Assembly (NCBI GenBank): GCA_951406725.2 | Contig: OX597822.1 | Location: 112,716,001-112,780,000, forward strand | DNA from: Octopus vulgaris | Taxonomy: Eukaryota | Length of the DNA stretch: 64,000 bases | Direction of reading: 5' to 3' | In this document: positions 10,243-23,539 of the stretch, in pieces | Layout of the letters: the number at the start of each line of letters is the position of its first letter | Numbering within the stretch: the stretch's first letter is position 1 | Translations under genes and position numbers: made by a program | Notes under the pieces: generated by a model | The model's input: only the letters and a program-made list of their open reading frames with translations | What the model was told of the DNA's origin: nothing | Database searches by the model: none

Positions 10243-12497
10243 AGGCGGCGAGCTGGCAGAGACGTTAGCTCGCCGGGCGAAATGTGTATCCATATTTCGT
10301 CTGCCATTATGTTCTGAGTTCAAATTCCGCCAAGGTCCACTTTGCTTTTCATCCTTTCGGGGTTGATGAATTAAGTACCAGTTATGCACTGGGGTTGATG
10401 TAATCGACTTAATCCGTTTGTCTGTCCTTGTTTGTCCCCTCTGTTTTTAGCCCCCTGTGGGTAGTAAAGAAATGGGTATTTCGTCTGTCTTTACGTTCTG
10501 AGTTCAAATTCTGCCGAGACCGACTTTGCCTTTCATCCTTTCGGGGTCGATGAATTAAGTACCAGTTACACACTGGGGTAGATATAATCGACTTAATCCG
10601 TTTGTCTGTCCTTGTTTGTCCCCTCTGTTTTTAGCCCCTTGTGGGTAGTAAAGAAAGAGGTATTTCGTCTGTCTTTACGTTCTGAGTTCAAATTCTGCCA
10701 AGACCGACTTTGCCTTTCATCCTTTCGGGGTCAATGAATTAAGTACCAGTTACACTCTGGGGTAGATATAATTGACTTAATCCGTTTGTCTGTCCTTGTT
10801 TGTCCCCTCTGTGTTTAGCCCCCTGGGGGTAGTAAAGAAATAGGTATTTCGTCTGTCTTTACGTTCTGAGTTCAAATTCTGCCGAGACCGACTTTGCCTT
10901 TCATCCTTTCGGGGTTGATGAATTAAGTACCAGTTATGCACTGGGGTAGATATAATCGACTTAATCCGTTTGTCTGTCCTTGTTTGTCCCCTCTGTGTTT
11001 AGCCCCTTGTGGGTAGTAAAGATATAGGTATTTTGTCTGTCTTTACGTTCTGAGTTCAAATTCTGCCGAGACCGACTTTGCCTTTCATCCTTTCGGGGTC
11101 GATGAATTAAGTACCAGTTACACACTGGGGTAGATATAATCGACTTAATCCGTTTGTCTGTCCTTGTTTGTCCCCTCTGTGTTTAGCCCCTGTGGGTAGT
11201 AAAGAAATAGGTATTTCGTCTGTCTTTACGTTCTGAGTTCAAATTCTGCCAAGACCGACTTTGCCTTTCATCCTTTCGGGGTCAATGAATTAAGTACCAG
11301 TTACACTCTGGGGTAGATATAATTGACTTAATCCGTTTGTCTGTCCTTGTTTGTCCCCTCTGTGTTTAGCCCCCTGTGGGTAGTAAAGAAATAGGTATTT
11401 CGTCTGTCTTTACGTTCTGAGTTCAAATTCTGCCGAGACCGACTTTGCCTTTCATCCTTTCGGGGTCGATGAATTAAGTACCAGTTATGCACTGGGGTTG
11501 ATGTAATCGACTTAATCCGTTTGTCTGTCCTTGTTTGTCACCTCTGTTTTTAGCCCCTTGTGGGTAGTAAAGAAATAGGTATTTCGTCTGTCTTTACGTT
11601 CTGAGTTCAAATTCTGCCGAGACTGACTTTGCCTTTCATCCTTTCGGGGTCGATGAATTAAGTACCAGTTACACACTGGGGTAGATATAATCGACTTAAT
11701 CCGTTTGTCTGTCCTTGTTTGTCCCCTCTGTGTTTAGCCCCTTGTGGGTAGTAAAGAAATAGGTATTTCGTCTGTCTTTACGTTCTGAGTTCAAATTCTG
11801 CCGAGACCGACTTTGCCTTTCATCCTTTCGGGGTCGATGAATTAAGTACCAGTTACACACTGGGGTAGATATAATCGACTTAATCCGTTTGTCTGTCCTT
11901 GTTTGTCCCCTCTGTGTTTAGCCCCCTGTGGGTAGTAAAGAAATAGGTATTTCGTCTGTCTTTACGTTCTGAGTTCAAATTCTGCCAAGACCGACTTTGC
12001 CTTTCATCCTTTCGGGGTCAATGAATTAAGTACCAGTTACACTCTGGGGTAGATATAATTGACTTAATCCGTTTGTCTGTCCTTGTTTGTCCCCTCTGTG
12101 TTTAGCCCCTGTGGGTAGTAAAGAAATAGGTATTTCGTCTGTCTTTACGTTCTGAGTTCAAATTCTGCCGAGACCGACTTTGCCTTTCATCCTTTCGGGG
12201 TTGATGAATTAAGTACCAGTTATGCACTGGAGTTGATGTAATCGACTTAATCCGTTTGTCTGTCCTTGTTTGTCCCCTCTGTGTTTAGCCCCCTGTGGGT
12301 AGTAAAGAAATAGGTATTTCGTCTGTCTTTACGTTCTGAGTTCAAATTCTGCCGAGACAGACTTTGCCTTTCATCCTTTCAGGGTCGATGAATTAAGTAC
12401 CAGTTACGCACTGGGGGTAGATAAAATCGACTTAATCCGTTTGTCTGTCCTTGTTTGTCCCCTCTGTGTTTAGCCCTTTGTGGGTAGTAAAGAAATA
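10243..12497 (+). repeat. SINE family C concatemer: one head plus 12 tandem ~184-bp bodies
   Basis: GTATTTCGTCTG recurs at 10476, 10660, 10844 and onward; the head occurs only once. Confidence 0.93.
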
Positions 12498-12856
12498 TAT
12501 TTTGAAATGCGAATGAGTATATTGCTTATGATGGTTTTAAAATAATTGCATGTTACTTATATAACTTGAAAGGACTTTTAGTTTATGATTTACATTGGTG
12601 TACTATGGGCTTTGTAAAATATTTCTGATGTTACTGTTGTTAGCGATAGGAGTCAAGACCTATTTATTTAGTTTAGCAATGTTATATGCATGAAATTAGG
12701 TGTTGTAGACTTGGACATTTTGACTAGGTTTTTTAATAAAAATTTGTTGTGAGTGAAAGTATTTTGTAAGTTGATGTTGTCAATGTTTACAGTCTTTGTC
12801 AGATGTTACGCAATTTGTGAATAGAATTAACAAGACTTAGACAAAAATTACTAATA

Positions 12857-13257
12857 GGCGCAGGAGTGGCTGTGTGGTAAGTAGCTTGCTAACCAACCAC
12901 ATGGTTGCGGGTTCAGTCCTACTGCATGGCACCTTGGGCAAGTGTCTTCTGCTATAGCCCCTGGCCGACCAATGCCTTGTGAGTTGATTTGGTAGACGGA
13001 AACTGAAAGAAGCCTGTCGTATATATGTATATATATATGTATGTGTGTGTGTGTTTGTGTGTCTGTGTTTGTCCCCCTAGCATTGCTTGACAACTGATGC
13101 TGGTGTGTTTACGTCCCCGTCACTTAGCAGTTCGGCAAAAGAGACCGATAGAATAAGTACTGGGCTTACAAAGAATAAATCCCAGGGTCGATTTGCTCGA
13201 CTAAAGGTGGTGCTCCAGCATGGCCGCAGTCAAATGACTGAAACAAGTAAAAGAGTA
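12857..13257 (+). mobile_element. SINE family A
   Basis: Full-length homology. Confidence 0.9.
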
Positions 13258-13297
13258 ATATTTTGAAAAGCTGCTTGAAAAAAAAAAAATGAATAAG

Positions 13298-13661
13298 AGC
13301 ACCATCCGAGCATGATCGTTGCCAGAGCGGCTAGCTGGGTTCCGTGTCGGTGGCATGTAAAAGGCACCATTTGAGTGTGATCGTTTCCAGCATCGCCTTG
13401 CTGGCACTTGTGCCGGTGGCATGTGTAAAAACATTTGGGCGTGACCATTGCCAGTACCGCCTGACTGGCACCTGTGCCGGTGGCACATAAAAAGCACCCA
13501 GTACACTCTCAGAGTTGTTGACGTTAGGAAGGGCATCCAGCTGTAGAAACTCTGCCAGATCAAGATTGGAGCCTGGTGCAGCCATCTGATTCGCCAGCCC
13601 TCAGTCAAATCGTCCAACCCATGCTAGCATGGAAAGCAGACAGTAAACGATGATGATGATG
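13298..13661 (+). mobile_element. Family D (variant modules)
   Basis: Modules, body and (GAT)n tail; same subtype as 27578-28024. Confidence 0.85.
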
Positions 13662-14477
13662 AATATAATTTACAATTTAAATTTTGCATAAAAATGTATA
13701 CACTTTTGTTTGCAGAATACTTTAAAATAACGAAACAACTGGATGAGAAACATTGTATCACTTTTGTTGGATCTGAAAATAGCATCCAATAATTCTAATC
13801 TAATTGTAGATGTGCTGAAGATATGACTACCCTGGAAAAGTCACAAGAAACTATCAAATATAGAGTGAAGAAAGGTTGTAAGATGATAACAGAAAATTGG
13901 CCATGGAGAGAAATAATGTTTGGGTTTTAGTGTTATTTAAGTAGTATAGTGTAACATCACGAGTTTATATTAGAAATGGGTGTGTGGGCAGACACAAGAA
14001 GTTAAAGATTCTATTGATGACTACTAGAGTGAAACTGGAGAATAGGATGTGGTGTTATCAATGGTGGACTGCAATTGGTCAGATATGACAGAAAGAAGTA
14101 ATTGATGAAGAAAATGGAAATGTTTGGAATATAGCTGCTCTTCATATCAAAAATCTAATTACAATAACGACAGTGATAGACACATATTGAATCATAGAAA
14201 ATTAGTATTTTAATTTATAGGACTTATCAGCTCTTGGACTTCTTTTAAACCATGAGTTTTTCATATGACACACTGTGCTGCAATGATGCATTGTAAGGAA
14301 TATCTAGGTGCACTCCGGATGAAGGATGTAATTTAACACTTTAGAAAATTCATAATGCTTGAGTATCCTGTTAAATGAGTTATAATTTTGTTAAACAGAA
14401 ATATGACTAATAAAACAAAGTAAATAGGTTTTTCCTCCTTTTTATATTTTTAGCTTTAAAACAATTTTAACTTTCCA

Positions 14478-14873
14478 TGTGAAGTGTACCAGTAATTAAA
14501 AAGCACCATCTGAATGTGGCCGTTGCCAGCACCGCCTCGACTGGCTTCTGTGCCGGTGGCACATAAAAAGCTCCATCTGAATGTGACCGATGCCAGCGCC
14601 GCCTTGGCTGGCTTCCGTGCTGGTGGCACGTTAAAAGCACCAACCGACCGTGGCCGATGCCAGACCCCCTGGCACCTGTGCAGGTGGCACATAAAAAGCA
14701 CCCACTACACTCACAGAGTGGTTGGCGTTAGGAAGGGCATCCAGCTGTAGAAACACTGCCAGATCAGACTGGAGCCTGGAGCAGCCCCTGCCTTCCCAGA
14801 CCCCGGTCGAACCGTCCAACCCGTGCTAGCGCAGAAAACAGACGTTAAACGATGATGATGATGTCGATGATGA
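14478..14873 (+). mobile_element. Family D
   Basis: Four modules, body and (GAT)n tail. Confidence 0.85.
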
Positions 14874-15329
14874 TTTCCATTGTGCCACAAAGTTGAAGAT
14901 AAAAAGTCACTGCGCTTAAGAAATAACTTTTTCAGTGACTTTCACCCACAGCTTTGAAAAAAAATTTATTCTGTTCAAGTAGGTTAGAAGTTTGCAGTGC
15001 TATGGATGTAAGAAAGACGAACAGGTAGTAAATAATGGTATGAAAGCTGGTATGAAATGTCAAGATCTGTCTGCTGAAGGTTGTGGAGATCTTTTTGCTG
15101 ATAATCTTGGAGATCTGTTCACTGACAGCTGTGGCATCGAGGTCTTGTGCTGACTGATTGCCGAAAGGCACGCTCTCTTTTCTTTTGTAGAGATGGCGAG
15201 TTGTGCGTCTCTGCGCAAGACAATACGACAGGCCACAAACTAACCACATCACAAATAGATGGAAGACCACTACACCAGAAGAAAGTAGTTCCACTACACA
15301 ACATTCAATATTTATCGATATTCTGAAAG

Positions 15330-15748
15330 CGCTGCCCCGACTGGCCTCCGTGCAGGTGGTACGTATAAAGCACCATCCGATCGTGGCCGTTGCCAGCCTT
15401 GCCTGGCCCCCAGCGCCACACCGACTGGCCTCTGTGCCAGTGGCACGTAAAAGGCACCATCCGATTGTGGCCGTTGCCAGCCTTGCCTGGCCCCATGCTG
15501 GCGGCACGTAAAAAGCACCATCCGTCCGTGGCCGTTTGCCAGCCCCGTCTGGCACCTGTGCAGGTGGCACGTAAAAAGCACCCACTACACTCACAGAGTG
15601 GTTGGCGTTAGGAAGGGCATCCAGCTGTAGAAACACTGCCAGATCAGACTGGAGCCTGATGCAGCCTTCTGGCTTCCCAGACCCCAGTTGAACCGTCCAA
15701 CCCATGCTAGCATGGAAAGCGGACGCTTAATGATGATGATGAGGATGA
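15330..15748 (+). mobile_element. Family D
   Basis: Four modules, body and (GAT)n tail. Confidence 0.85.
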
Positions 15749-16403
15749 TTCCAATCTGTCTCTATGTGAAAGAAGCAAACTGATTAAACATTTTGGAAGA
15801 AAAAATGATAGCCTGTTGAAGGTCTGTGAGGGACTACAATCGTAAGGGCTAATATATGGATATTAAAGTACAGGTTGTGAAGGTATAATATGTTGGAGCA
15901 TTTCAAATACTTCTAGCTCTCTAGGGATATTTGAGATGATATTTCGGAAAAGTAACTACAAACTGGGTTAACTAGTCCGTTTGGTAGAGCTCCAGCATGG
16001 CTTTAGCTGTAATGACTAAATATAAAGTTCAACTGAGATAGAGTTGTTATCTCTTCTCCAAATGTATTCGTCTTTCTCCATAGCATTTGTCTGAATACAA
16101 AATAAAAAGTAGATGCCATTAGGAAATGAGAGATATATTAGAACAAATACTGGACAAAAACAATTGTTTCGGGTAGAAATCAATTTCCAGTATTGATTTT
16201 TCATTAATGTTTTAGAAGACTGTACTTATTAGTTGGGTGGATACACTGTAATATTACAGAGTAAGTTCGTAGAGACAAAAAAATAATCAGGAACAATATC
16301 ACAAATGTTAAGTTTTACCAACATTGTTTTGTGGTGTAAAATGATGGAGATTCTTCTTCTAAGAACAGACATGCTTGTCTTTGAGAATGATTTGCTTATA
16401 TTA

Positions 16404-16613
16404 TACTCTTTACTCTTTTATTTGTTTCAGTCATTTGACTGCAGCCATGCTGGAGCACCGCCTTTAGTTGAGCAAATCGACTCCAGGACTTATTCTTAGT
16501 AAGCTTAGTACTTATTCTATCGGTCTCTTTTGCCAAACCGCTAAGTTACAGGGACGTAAACACACCAGCATCGGTTGTCATGCGATGTTGGGGGGACAAA
16601 CACATACATACAA

Positions 16614-16686
<73 letters not shown>

Positions 16687-16857
16687 CATATATATGATGG
16701 GCTTCTTTCAGTTTCCTTCTACCAAATCCACTCACAAGGCTTTGGTTGGCCCAAGGCTATAGTAGAAGACACTTGCCCAAGGTGCCACGCAGTGGGACTG
16801 AACCCGGAACCATGTGGTTGGTAAGCAAGCTACTTACCACACAGCCACTCCTACGCC
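16404..16857 (-). mobile_element. SINE family A
   Basis: Full-length, with expanded (CA)n(TA)n. Confidence 0.9.
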
Positions 16858-18505
16858 TATAGATAATTGAAGAACATCTATTTTCAGTTTCCAATGTGTA
16901 GGTGTGAAATAAAGAGAGTCCATTCTTTTCGCTTAAGATAGTCTCTTCTGACACAACTTCCTTCAAAAACAAAAATAAATCATACGATGATGACGAAGTA
17001 GATTCAAAGAGGACAAAACTGGCATTGTTTTATTTCCCTTCAGCATTTCTCAACGGAGTCCCAAGATATTTGTCTTAATTCTTATTCAGTAGAATCTGGG
17101 AGTCAGGCAAGACAAATTTAATTCAGGAAGCACCAAATTGAGATCAATAGAACAATATATGACAGAAATGAAAATTTACAACAGTTGAATAATTTCTTTG
17201 AAATATATCATTTTTATATAACAGTCAGTAGTATAGAAAACGACAGAGACTGAAAAAGGTTCTTTTTTCCCTATTAAGTGCTAGAAGGTGCTAGCAATTA
17301 AAGCAGTCTCAGTCAAATCTGCTTCTCTAATATATCTCTCATTTCCTAATGGCATCTACTTTTTATTTTGTATTCAGACAAATGCTACGGAGAAAGTGGA
17401 ATACATTTGGAGAAGAGATAACAACTCTATCTCAGTTGAACTTTATATTTAGTCATAAAATGGAGGCAGCTTTTTTTTTCTTTTTTATGGAGCAATTCAC
17501 TGCTTCAACATCGAAATTTGTTGTACTCCAGTGTTGTCTAAGACTAAACTGTCCACTGTTACACACTAGTTGACTGTGTGGAGTACAGAGACAACATCTG
17601 CCACACCACTAGACCTATGAAAGAAGTAATCAAATCTCTTTATAGCCATTGAGTCAAAGCAATTGGATTTAATTTCTGAAGCACATAAAGATGTTATTGA
17701 TGAGGGTGTTGTTCATAATAAATTCTTATTCTTAAAAGTGCTTGAAATAGATTTTACTTGACCTGATTCCTTGGAGAGAAAATACCAATTAAAAATAAAA
17801 TAGTAATAGCATAAAATTAAATGGAATTATGGGTTACGATTATATACACCATAATTCATGTCAATATCAATGGCTCAGTAGTACAGTACTAGTTTCACCT
17901 GTTTTATACAAAGAATAGGGAGGCGGGTGAGAGAAGTACTGCTGGCCCAAAGAACACACACATGGGGTCAAGTATTGCTTACAGAAAAGACAACCATATC
18001 ACTATGGATCTGTACAATAAATGGATGAAGAGAGGAGAGTAATTGTGGAAGTGAAAAGCCAAGGAATATGTGAGAAGATGTATGTTGCACCTCACTAATG
18101 AGACAAATGGCAATTGAGTTATGGCAGCAGGGAAAATGTGTTTCCGAAAGAATGGTGGTGATGATTTTTAGGTGTTTCTCAAGAAAGCTTGTTCTATTTG
18201 CCATAGTTTTAGTTCAATACTAGTTAGAAAGAAATGGTAGCTGCATTGCTTAACATTATCAATGAAGACATATCAAGTTTAAAGTGGATTCTTTAATAGT
18301 TTACGACTAAGTCTTCAGAACCTTCTAAATTATAGAACTGATTGCTTTCTTTGATTTATCCTTTGATCGCCAACACCATTATTCCAGGTATTTCTAGCAA
18401 TCACCCATTATAATTATGTTACTAGTATTGAAAGTTAAATTTTCCAGACATTAGGTGCTTGAGGAGACCTATTGAGTCAAGCACATCAACATCAAAAAAT
18501 CAAAT

Positions 18506-18647
18506 GTCTACCAAATCCACTCACAAGGCTTTAGTTGGCCCAAGGCCATAGTAGAAGACACTTGCCCAAGGTGCCACGCAGTGGAACTGAACCTGGAACC
18601 ATGTGGTTGGTAAGCAAGCTATGTACCACACAGCCACTCCTATGCCT
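18506..18647 (-). mobile_element. SINE family A 5' fragment
   Basis: Head region only. Confidence 0.8.
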
Positions 18648-19069
18648 ATATTGTAAATATCTACTGAAGTTGACTCGATTCTAAAAAGGTTAACCGATTC
18701 AAGAGATGTTAATTTAGCCCTCAATAACCTGATTTACCAAAAATACATGAAGCCTAAAGGATGGCAATGAAAGTAAATAACATAATGCCACTGGGGTTTA
18801 AACTTTAAGACCTCCCCATTTTGAATTATCATCCTTGTTATACTATCAACAATTTTGGACAATTGTTTCTAAGACTAGTAAAAAACTGAATCAGCATCAC
18901 TTAATTGTTTAATGTAACAGATTCAGCAACAAAAGTGGCTTCTGTGGAAGAATATGATAAAAGTGTATCCCTGCTTCAAGTACAAGATTACAAAAGGAGC
19001 TTTTAGGGAATGGCAGAATGAGCCTATATACTCACTTGATTAGTTGACAACCCTTTCTACTACAGACAC

Positions 19070-19410
19070 AAGGTCTGAAATTTTAGCAGAGGGGTCCAGT
19101 CAGTTACATTGATTCTGATGCTTTACTTGAACTTATTTTATTGATCAAAGGTAATGCCAACTTCAGCAGAATTTGAACTTAGAACATAAAGACAGACAAA
19201 ATACCTATTTCTTTACTACCCACAAGGGGCTAAACACAGAGGCGACAAACAAGGACAAACGGATTAAGTCGATTACATCGAACCCAGATCATAACTGTAC
19301 TTAATTTATCAACCCTGAAAGGATGAAAGGCAAAGTCGACCTTGGCAGAACATAAAGACATGAAATACCACTAAGTAGTTTATCTAGTGTGTTAATGATG
19401 CTGCCAGCTT
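19070..19410 (-). mobile_element. SINE family C, diverged, more than one body
   Basis: Contains the body-body junction ACAAAATACCTATTTCTTTAC. Confidence 0.7.
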
Positions 19411-20252
19411 TGGCCCATTTTAATTACAATTATCAAATAATAAACATCTCCATTAATGAAAATATTTAAACATATAAAAAAAAAAAAGAGAGAAATGGTA
19501 ATTTCTAAGTAGGTCAACAACATCAACTACAGTGTCAAAACTAATTCCTTCATTGAGTTTTTACCAACCAAATAAATGATAGGTAAAATAAAAACGCCCA
19601 GCTTTTGATATTTCTAAGTAGAGACATTAATATTCTCTTTTAGAAACTAATCAGGGATAACAATGATATGAAAAGTTTAAACTAGGTTAAATTGTAGTTT
19701 AAAATTAACCTTATGAATCATTTGTATTCAGTTTGGTCAGGTGGTGGTTGGTTAAATGTGAAGTTAACATAGCAAAGTTGAAGCAAGTGTCTGTTATTTC
19801 AGTTGCTTTGCTTCCTAATTTAAATTATAACATTATTTATTTATGTGCTGTCAGATCTGAGAAGTTGCTGAAACCAACACATCTCAGCTACAGATAGCTT
19901 TCTGTTAAAATATATATATCTTTATACTATGTCTATACACACATGTTTAACAAGTGTTTGCCTTTAACAAACTTGCTTACATGACATTAACTTCATATAG
20001 GATTACATCAGAGACCTTGTAATATATAGGCATAATTAAATTTTGCTGGGAGATACTTATTCTTATTTTTAAATCCACACAAAAGTAGTTGACTATCATT
20101 GAAGACAAAGTGGTGCAGATTTCGTTTACAGTAACTTTTGTATGCCTTAACTATTTCATATCTTTTCTCTTTTATATATATAATTTGTCTTAACTATTTT
20201 ATGCATAATTTATATGCTTTAAATGTTGTACATATAATTTTTATATATATAC

Positions 20253-20403
20253 ACTTCATTTAAAAGCAGCAGAAATTTAACAAAAGCTGTTACACGGAGT
20301 TTCACGTTCCCGTTCATCGGACTTTAAATAAAGCATATTACTGTACCTCTGGTATTTGAGTACTCTTTTTTCCACCTTGTTTCACATTTATGTGTTTACT
20401 CTG
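20253..20403. mobile_element. TA-embedded Penelope-like fragment with a mutated hammerhead core
   Basis: Homologous to 7484-7690. The minus strand reads CCGAUGA-ACG-GGAA-CGU-GAAAC. Confidence 0.7.
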
Positions 20404-20454
<51 letters not shown>

Positions 20455-20457
<3 letters not shown>

Positions 20458-20995
20458 TGGGGGGGAAAAAAATATTCTTACATGTCAAAATTCTTTATTT
20501 AATTTCTAATGAACATAAATGGGATATACCAATACTATATTTGCATACACATGCATAAACTAAGAATATGCAAATGAAACTAATAAATTATAGTAACTAA
20601 GGAATTTATATTCAATCATAAATATTTAGGGCTGAAAAAAGTATTCGTACAGAACATAAATAACTGATAATTCTGATTTAATACTTCGAAGCATAACCAT
20701 TATTCAGTTCCACTGGACCCCGTGTCGGTGGCACGTAAAAAGCACCATCCGATCGTGGCTGTTTGCCAGCTCCGTCTGGCACCTATGCGGGTGGCACGTA
20801 AAAAGCACCCACTACATTCACAAAGTGGTTGGCATTAGGAAAGGCATCCAGCCGTAGAAACACTGCCAGATCAGACTGGGCCTGATGCAGCCTTCTGGCT
20901 CCCCAGACCCCAGTTGAACCGTCCAACCCATGCTAGCATGGAAAGCAGAGGCTAAACGATGATGATGACTTCAACCAATCTCTTCTTGTAGTTCT
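20455..20995 (-). mobile_element. Tc1 transposon 3' end, split by a family D insertion
   Basis: TA|CAGTGGGG...AAAAAATATT terminus with an internal repeat near 20635. The transposase C-terminus NYKKRLVE/VELNNGYASKY* reads across the insertion. Confidence 0.75.
20714..20968 (+). mobile_element. Family D (two modules)
   Basis: Modules, body and tail. Confidence 0.85.
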
Positions 20996-21486
20996 TATAA
21001 ATTTATATGCCTTAACTATTTTATAACCATGAAGATGAATGTAGATGAAATGAGATGCAAGAGAACCTGTTTAATGCACAGATTGTCTCAATCCTCTTAA
21101 CTGGGTTCACACACTTGGATCTTCTTTGCTTTTTATGCCATTGAAATCAATTAAATAAGTATTAATAAAATCAATTACATCCTTGGGCCTCAATTACTGG
21201 CTCTCTAGCTATACAAGAAATCATTATTCATAACAAAGAAGAGAGTATAAAAGGATTACCATAGGAACTGAACCAGGTATATAATGGTTTCCGATTTAGG
21301 TATAAGGCCAGCAGTACTAAAGAGGAGGGATTAGTTGATACCATTAATTCTTATACTTGACTGGTATTTTATTTTATTAATCCCAGAAAGATAAAAGGCA
21401 AAGGTGATGTTAGTTGAGATTGAACTCAGAAGTTGAAGAACTGAAACAAATACTACCAAAGCATTTTCATAATGTTTTACGGATTC

Positions 21487-21750
21487 TCTCTTTCTCTTTT
21501 CTTTTACTTGTTTCAGTCATTTGACTGTGGCCATGCTGGAGCACCACCTTTAGTCGAGCAAACCGACCCCAGGACTTATTCTTTGTAAGCCTAGTATTTA
21601 TTATTCTATCATTATCTTTAGCTGAACTGCTAAGTTATGGGGATGTAAAAATCCCAGCATTGGTTGTCAAGCAATGTTGGTGGGGACAAACACAAACACG
21701 CAAACATATACACACACACACACACATATGTATATATATATGTATATATA
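21487..21750 (-). mobile_element. SINE family A 3' half
   Basis: Homology to family A. Confidence 0.8.
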
Positions 21751-22232
21751 TTCTGTCAATAAAGTAATAACCAGATATATAATAGTCTTTTTGTTCTTGA
21801 ATTCTTTTACTATAAAGACACATTTAGCCTTGCTAAAAAACGAAGGATTCTAATCCCAAATCCTGACAGGAGAAAATCAGGTTAAAACTATGACCCTTCA
21901 GCTAACCCTGACTCTTTCTCAATAGGCTGTAATTGAAGAATATTTTACAACCTACTTTGGAAGCATAACTTCACATCTTTCCATAGTTTTTGTATTTATA
22001 TTTTTATGTCCTATAATGTCATTTTATTAAGAATTATTACCAAAGGGTTTATTGACCAATACGCATGGCTGATAGACCACGGTAGTTCTTTTGCAAGTTA
22101 GAAAAACAGACATCTTGGCATACTAATGCACATAAACAAACCTAATAAAACTATAGAACTATTGTGTAATGTAGCATTTGTTTGAGAGCCAAGCTTCTTC
22201 TATGTATGTGATGAAATAAGTTTATACTATAA

Positions 22233-22264
<32 letters not shown>

Positions 22265-22535
22265 GAGAAAGAAGCAACAAGAATGGATTAGTTTTTAGTA
22301 CAATTGTTTCATACAAAGACAGGTTTTATTACAAGTTGCAAAAATTGCAGCAGATAAAAGTGTCCCGTACTCATCAGCTAAAATACATATGAGTTCTCTA
22401 GACATCTTAGTGGGTGAGGTTATACTCATGAAATATTGGAGATAATTCCATTAAAGGCAGATATAGGTTGTAAACAGTTTTCCAACGTTCCTTAATGATG
22501 ATGCACAGTCTTATCACAGATTTTTAAAAACTTAT
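22265..22535 (-). mobile_element. TA-embedded Penelope-like terminal fragment
   Basis: Flanked on both sides by (TA)n and carries the hammerhead. Confidence 0.6.
22293..22383 (-). ncRNA. Type I hammerhead ribozyme with long stem II
   Basis: Minus strand: UUUUAG-CUGAUGA-GUACGGGACA...UGUCUUUGUAU-GAAAC-AAUU-GUA^CUAAAA. All core nucleotides are intact, stem I is 6 bp, and stem III is the palindrome ACAAUUGU. Confidence 0.82.
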
Positions 22536-22556
22536 TATATATATATATATATATGT

Positions 22557-22858
22557 GGAGGCGCAATGACCCAGTGGTTTGGGCAGTGGATTATGGTCGT
22601 AGGATCACGGTTTCGATTTCCAGACTGGGCGTTGTGAGTGTTTATTGAGCAAAAACACCTAAAGCTCCATGAGGCTCCGGCAGAGGGTGGTGACGATCCC
22701 TGCTGTACTCTTTCACCACAACTTTCTCTCACTCTTTCTTCTGTTGGCCTGCTTGCTTAGCCACCGGGGTGGCGTCATTTGAAAGGTAAAAAAAAATGCG
22801 AATCGCATTGTGACCAGCGATGTGTAGCAACATCTGATAGCCTGGTCGGTCACGGTGA
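22557..22858 (+). mobile_element. SINE family B, tail type 1
   Basis: Matches 356-657. Confidence 0.85.
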
Positions 22859-23034
22859 TATACACACACACACACATATATATATATGGCAAACGGAAGA
22901 TGGAATATACGAGAATTCATTATCTACCATTGTAGATAATGTTATGACACATTTACCATCAATTCCTCATGGGTGGGACACTCAACAACAGGTGTAAACC
23001 ATTTGTTTTATTAGCCATTATAGATATATGCTTG

Positions 23035-23394
23035 ATTCAGTTCTTTGACTGTGGCCATACTGGAGCACCGCCTTTTAGTCGAGCAAATCAACCCCAGGAC
23101 TTATTCTTTGTAAGCTTAGTACTTATTCTATTGGTCTATTTTGCTGAAACACTAAGTTACAGGGAAGTAAACACATCAAAATTGGTGTCAAGCGAAGGTG
23201 GGAGGACAAACACAGACACAGAAATACATATACATACAACAGGCTTCTTTCAGCTTCCGTCTACCAAATCTACTCAAGACTTTGGTTGGCCTGAGGCTAT
23301 AGAAGACACTTGCTCAAGGTGCCATGCAGTGGGACTGAACCCAGAACCATGTGTTTGGGAAGCAAGCTTCTTACCACACAGCAACTCCTGCACC
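23035..23394 (-). mobile_element. SINE family A, diverged
   Basis: Homology to family A. Confidence 0.8.
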
Positions 23395-23465
<71 letters not shown>

Positions 23466-23539
23466 CAAGCAAAACAGCTAGTTGCAAAATCTCAAGAAGA
23501 GATCAAAGTAGTAACTATACTAACAAGTAAAGTTAATTG

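Noticed and set aside
10292-10475. Hammerhead ribozyme in the 184-bp family C unit
   Set aside because: No CUGANGA...GAAA core with flanking stems was seen on either strand.
14932-15705. Recurring FLQLDALPNANHS ORFs (also at 2669, 8139, 13331, 14631 and 27652)
   Set aside because: Translations of the family D repeat, with inconsistent frames and lengths.
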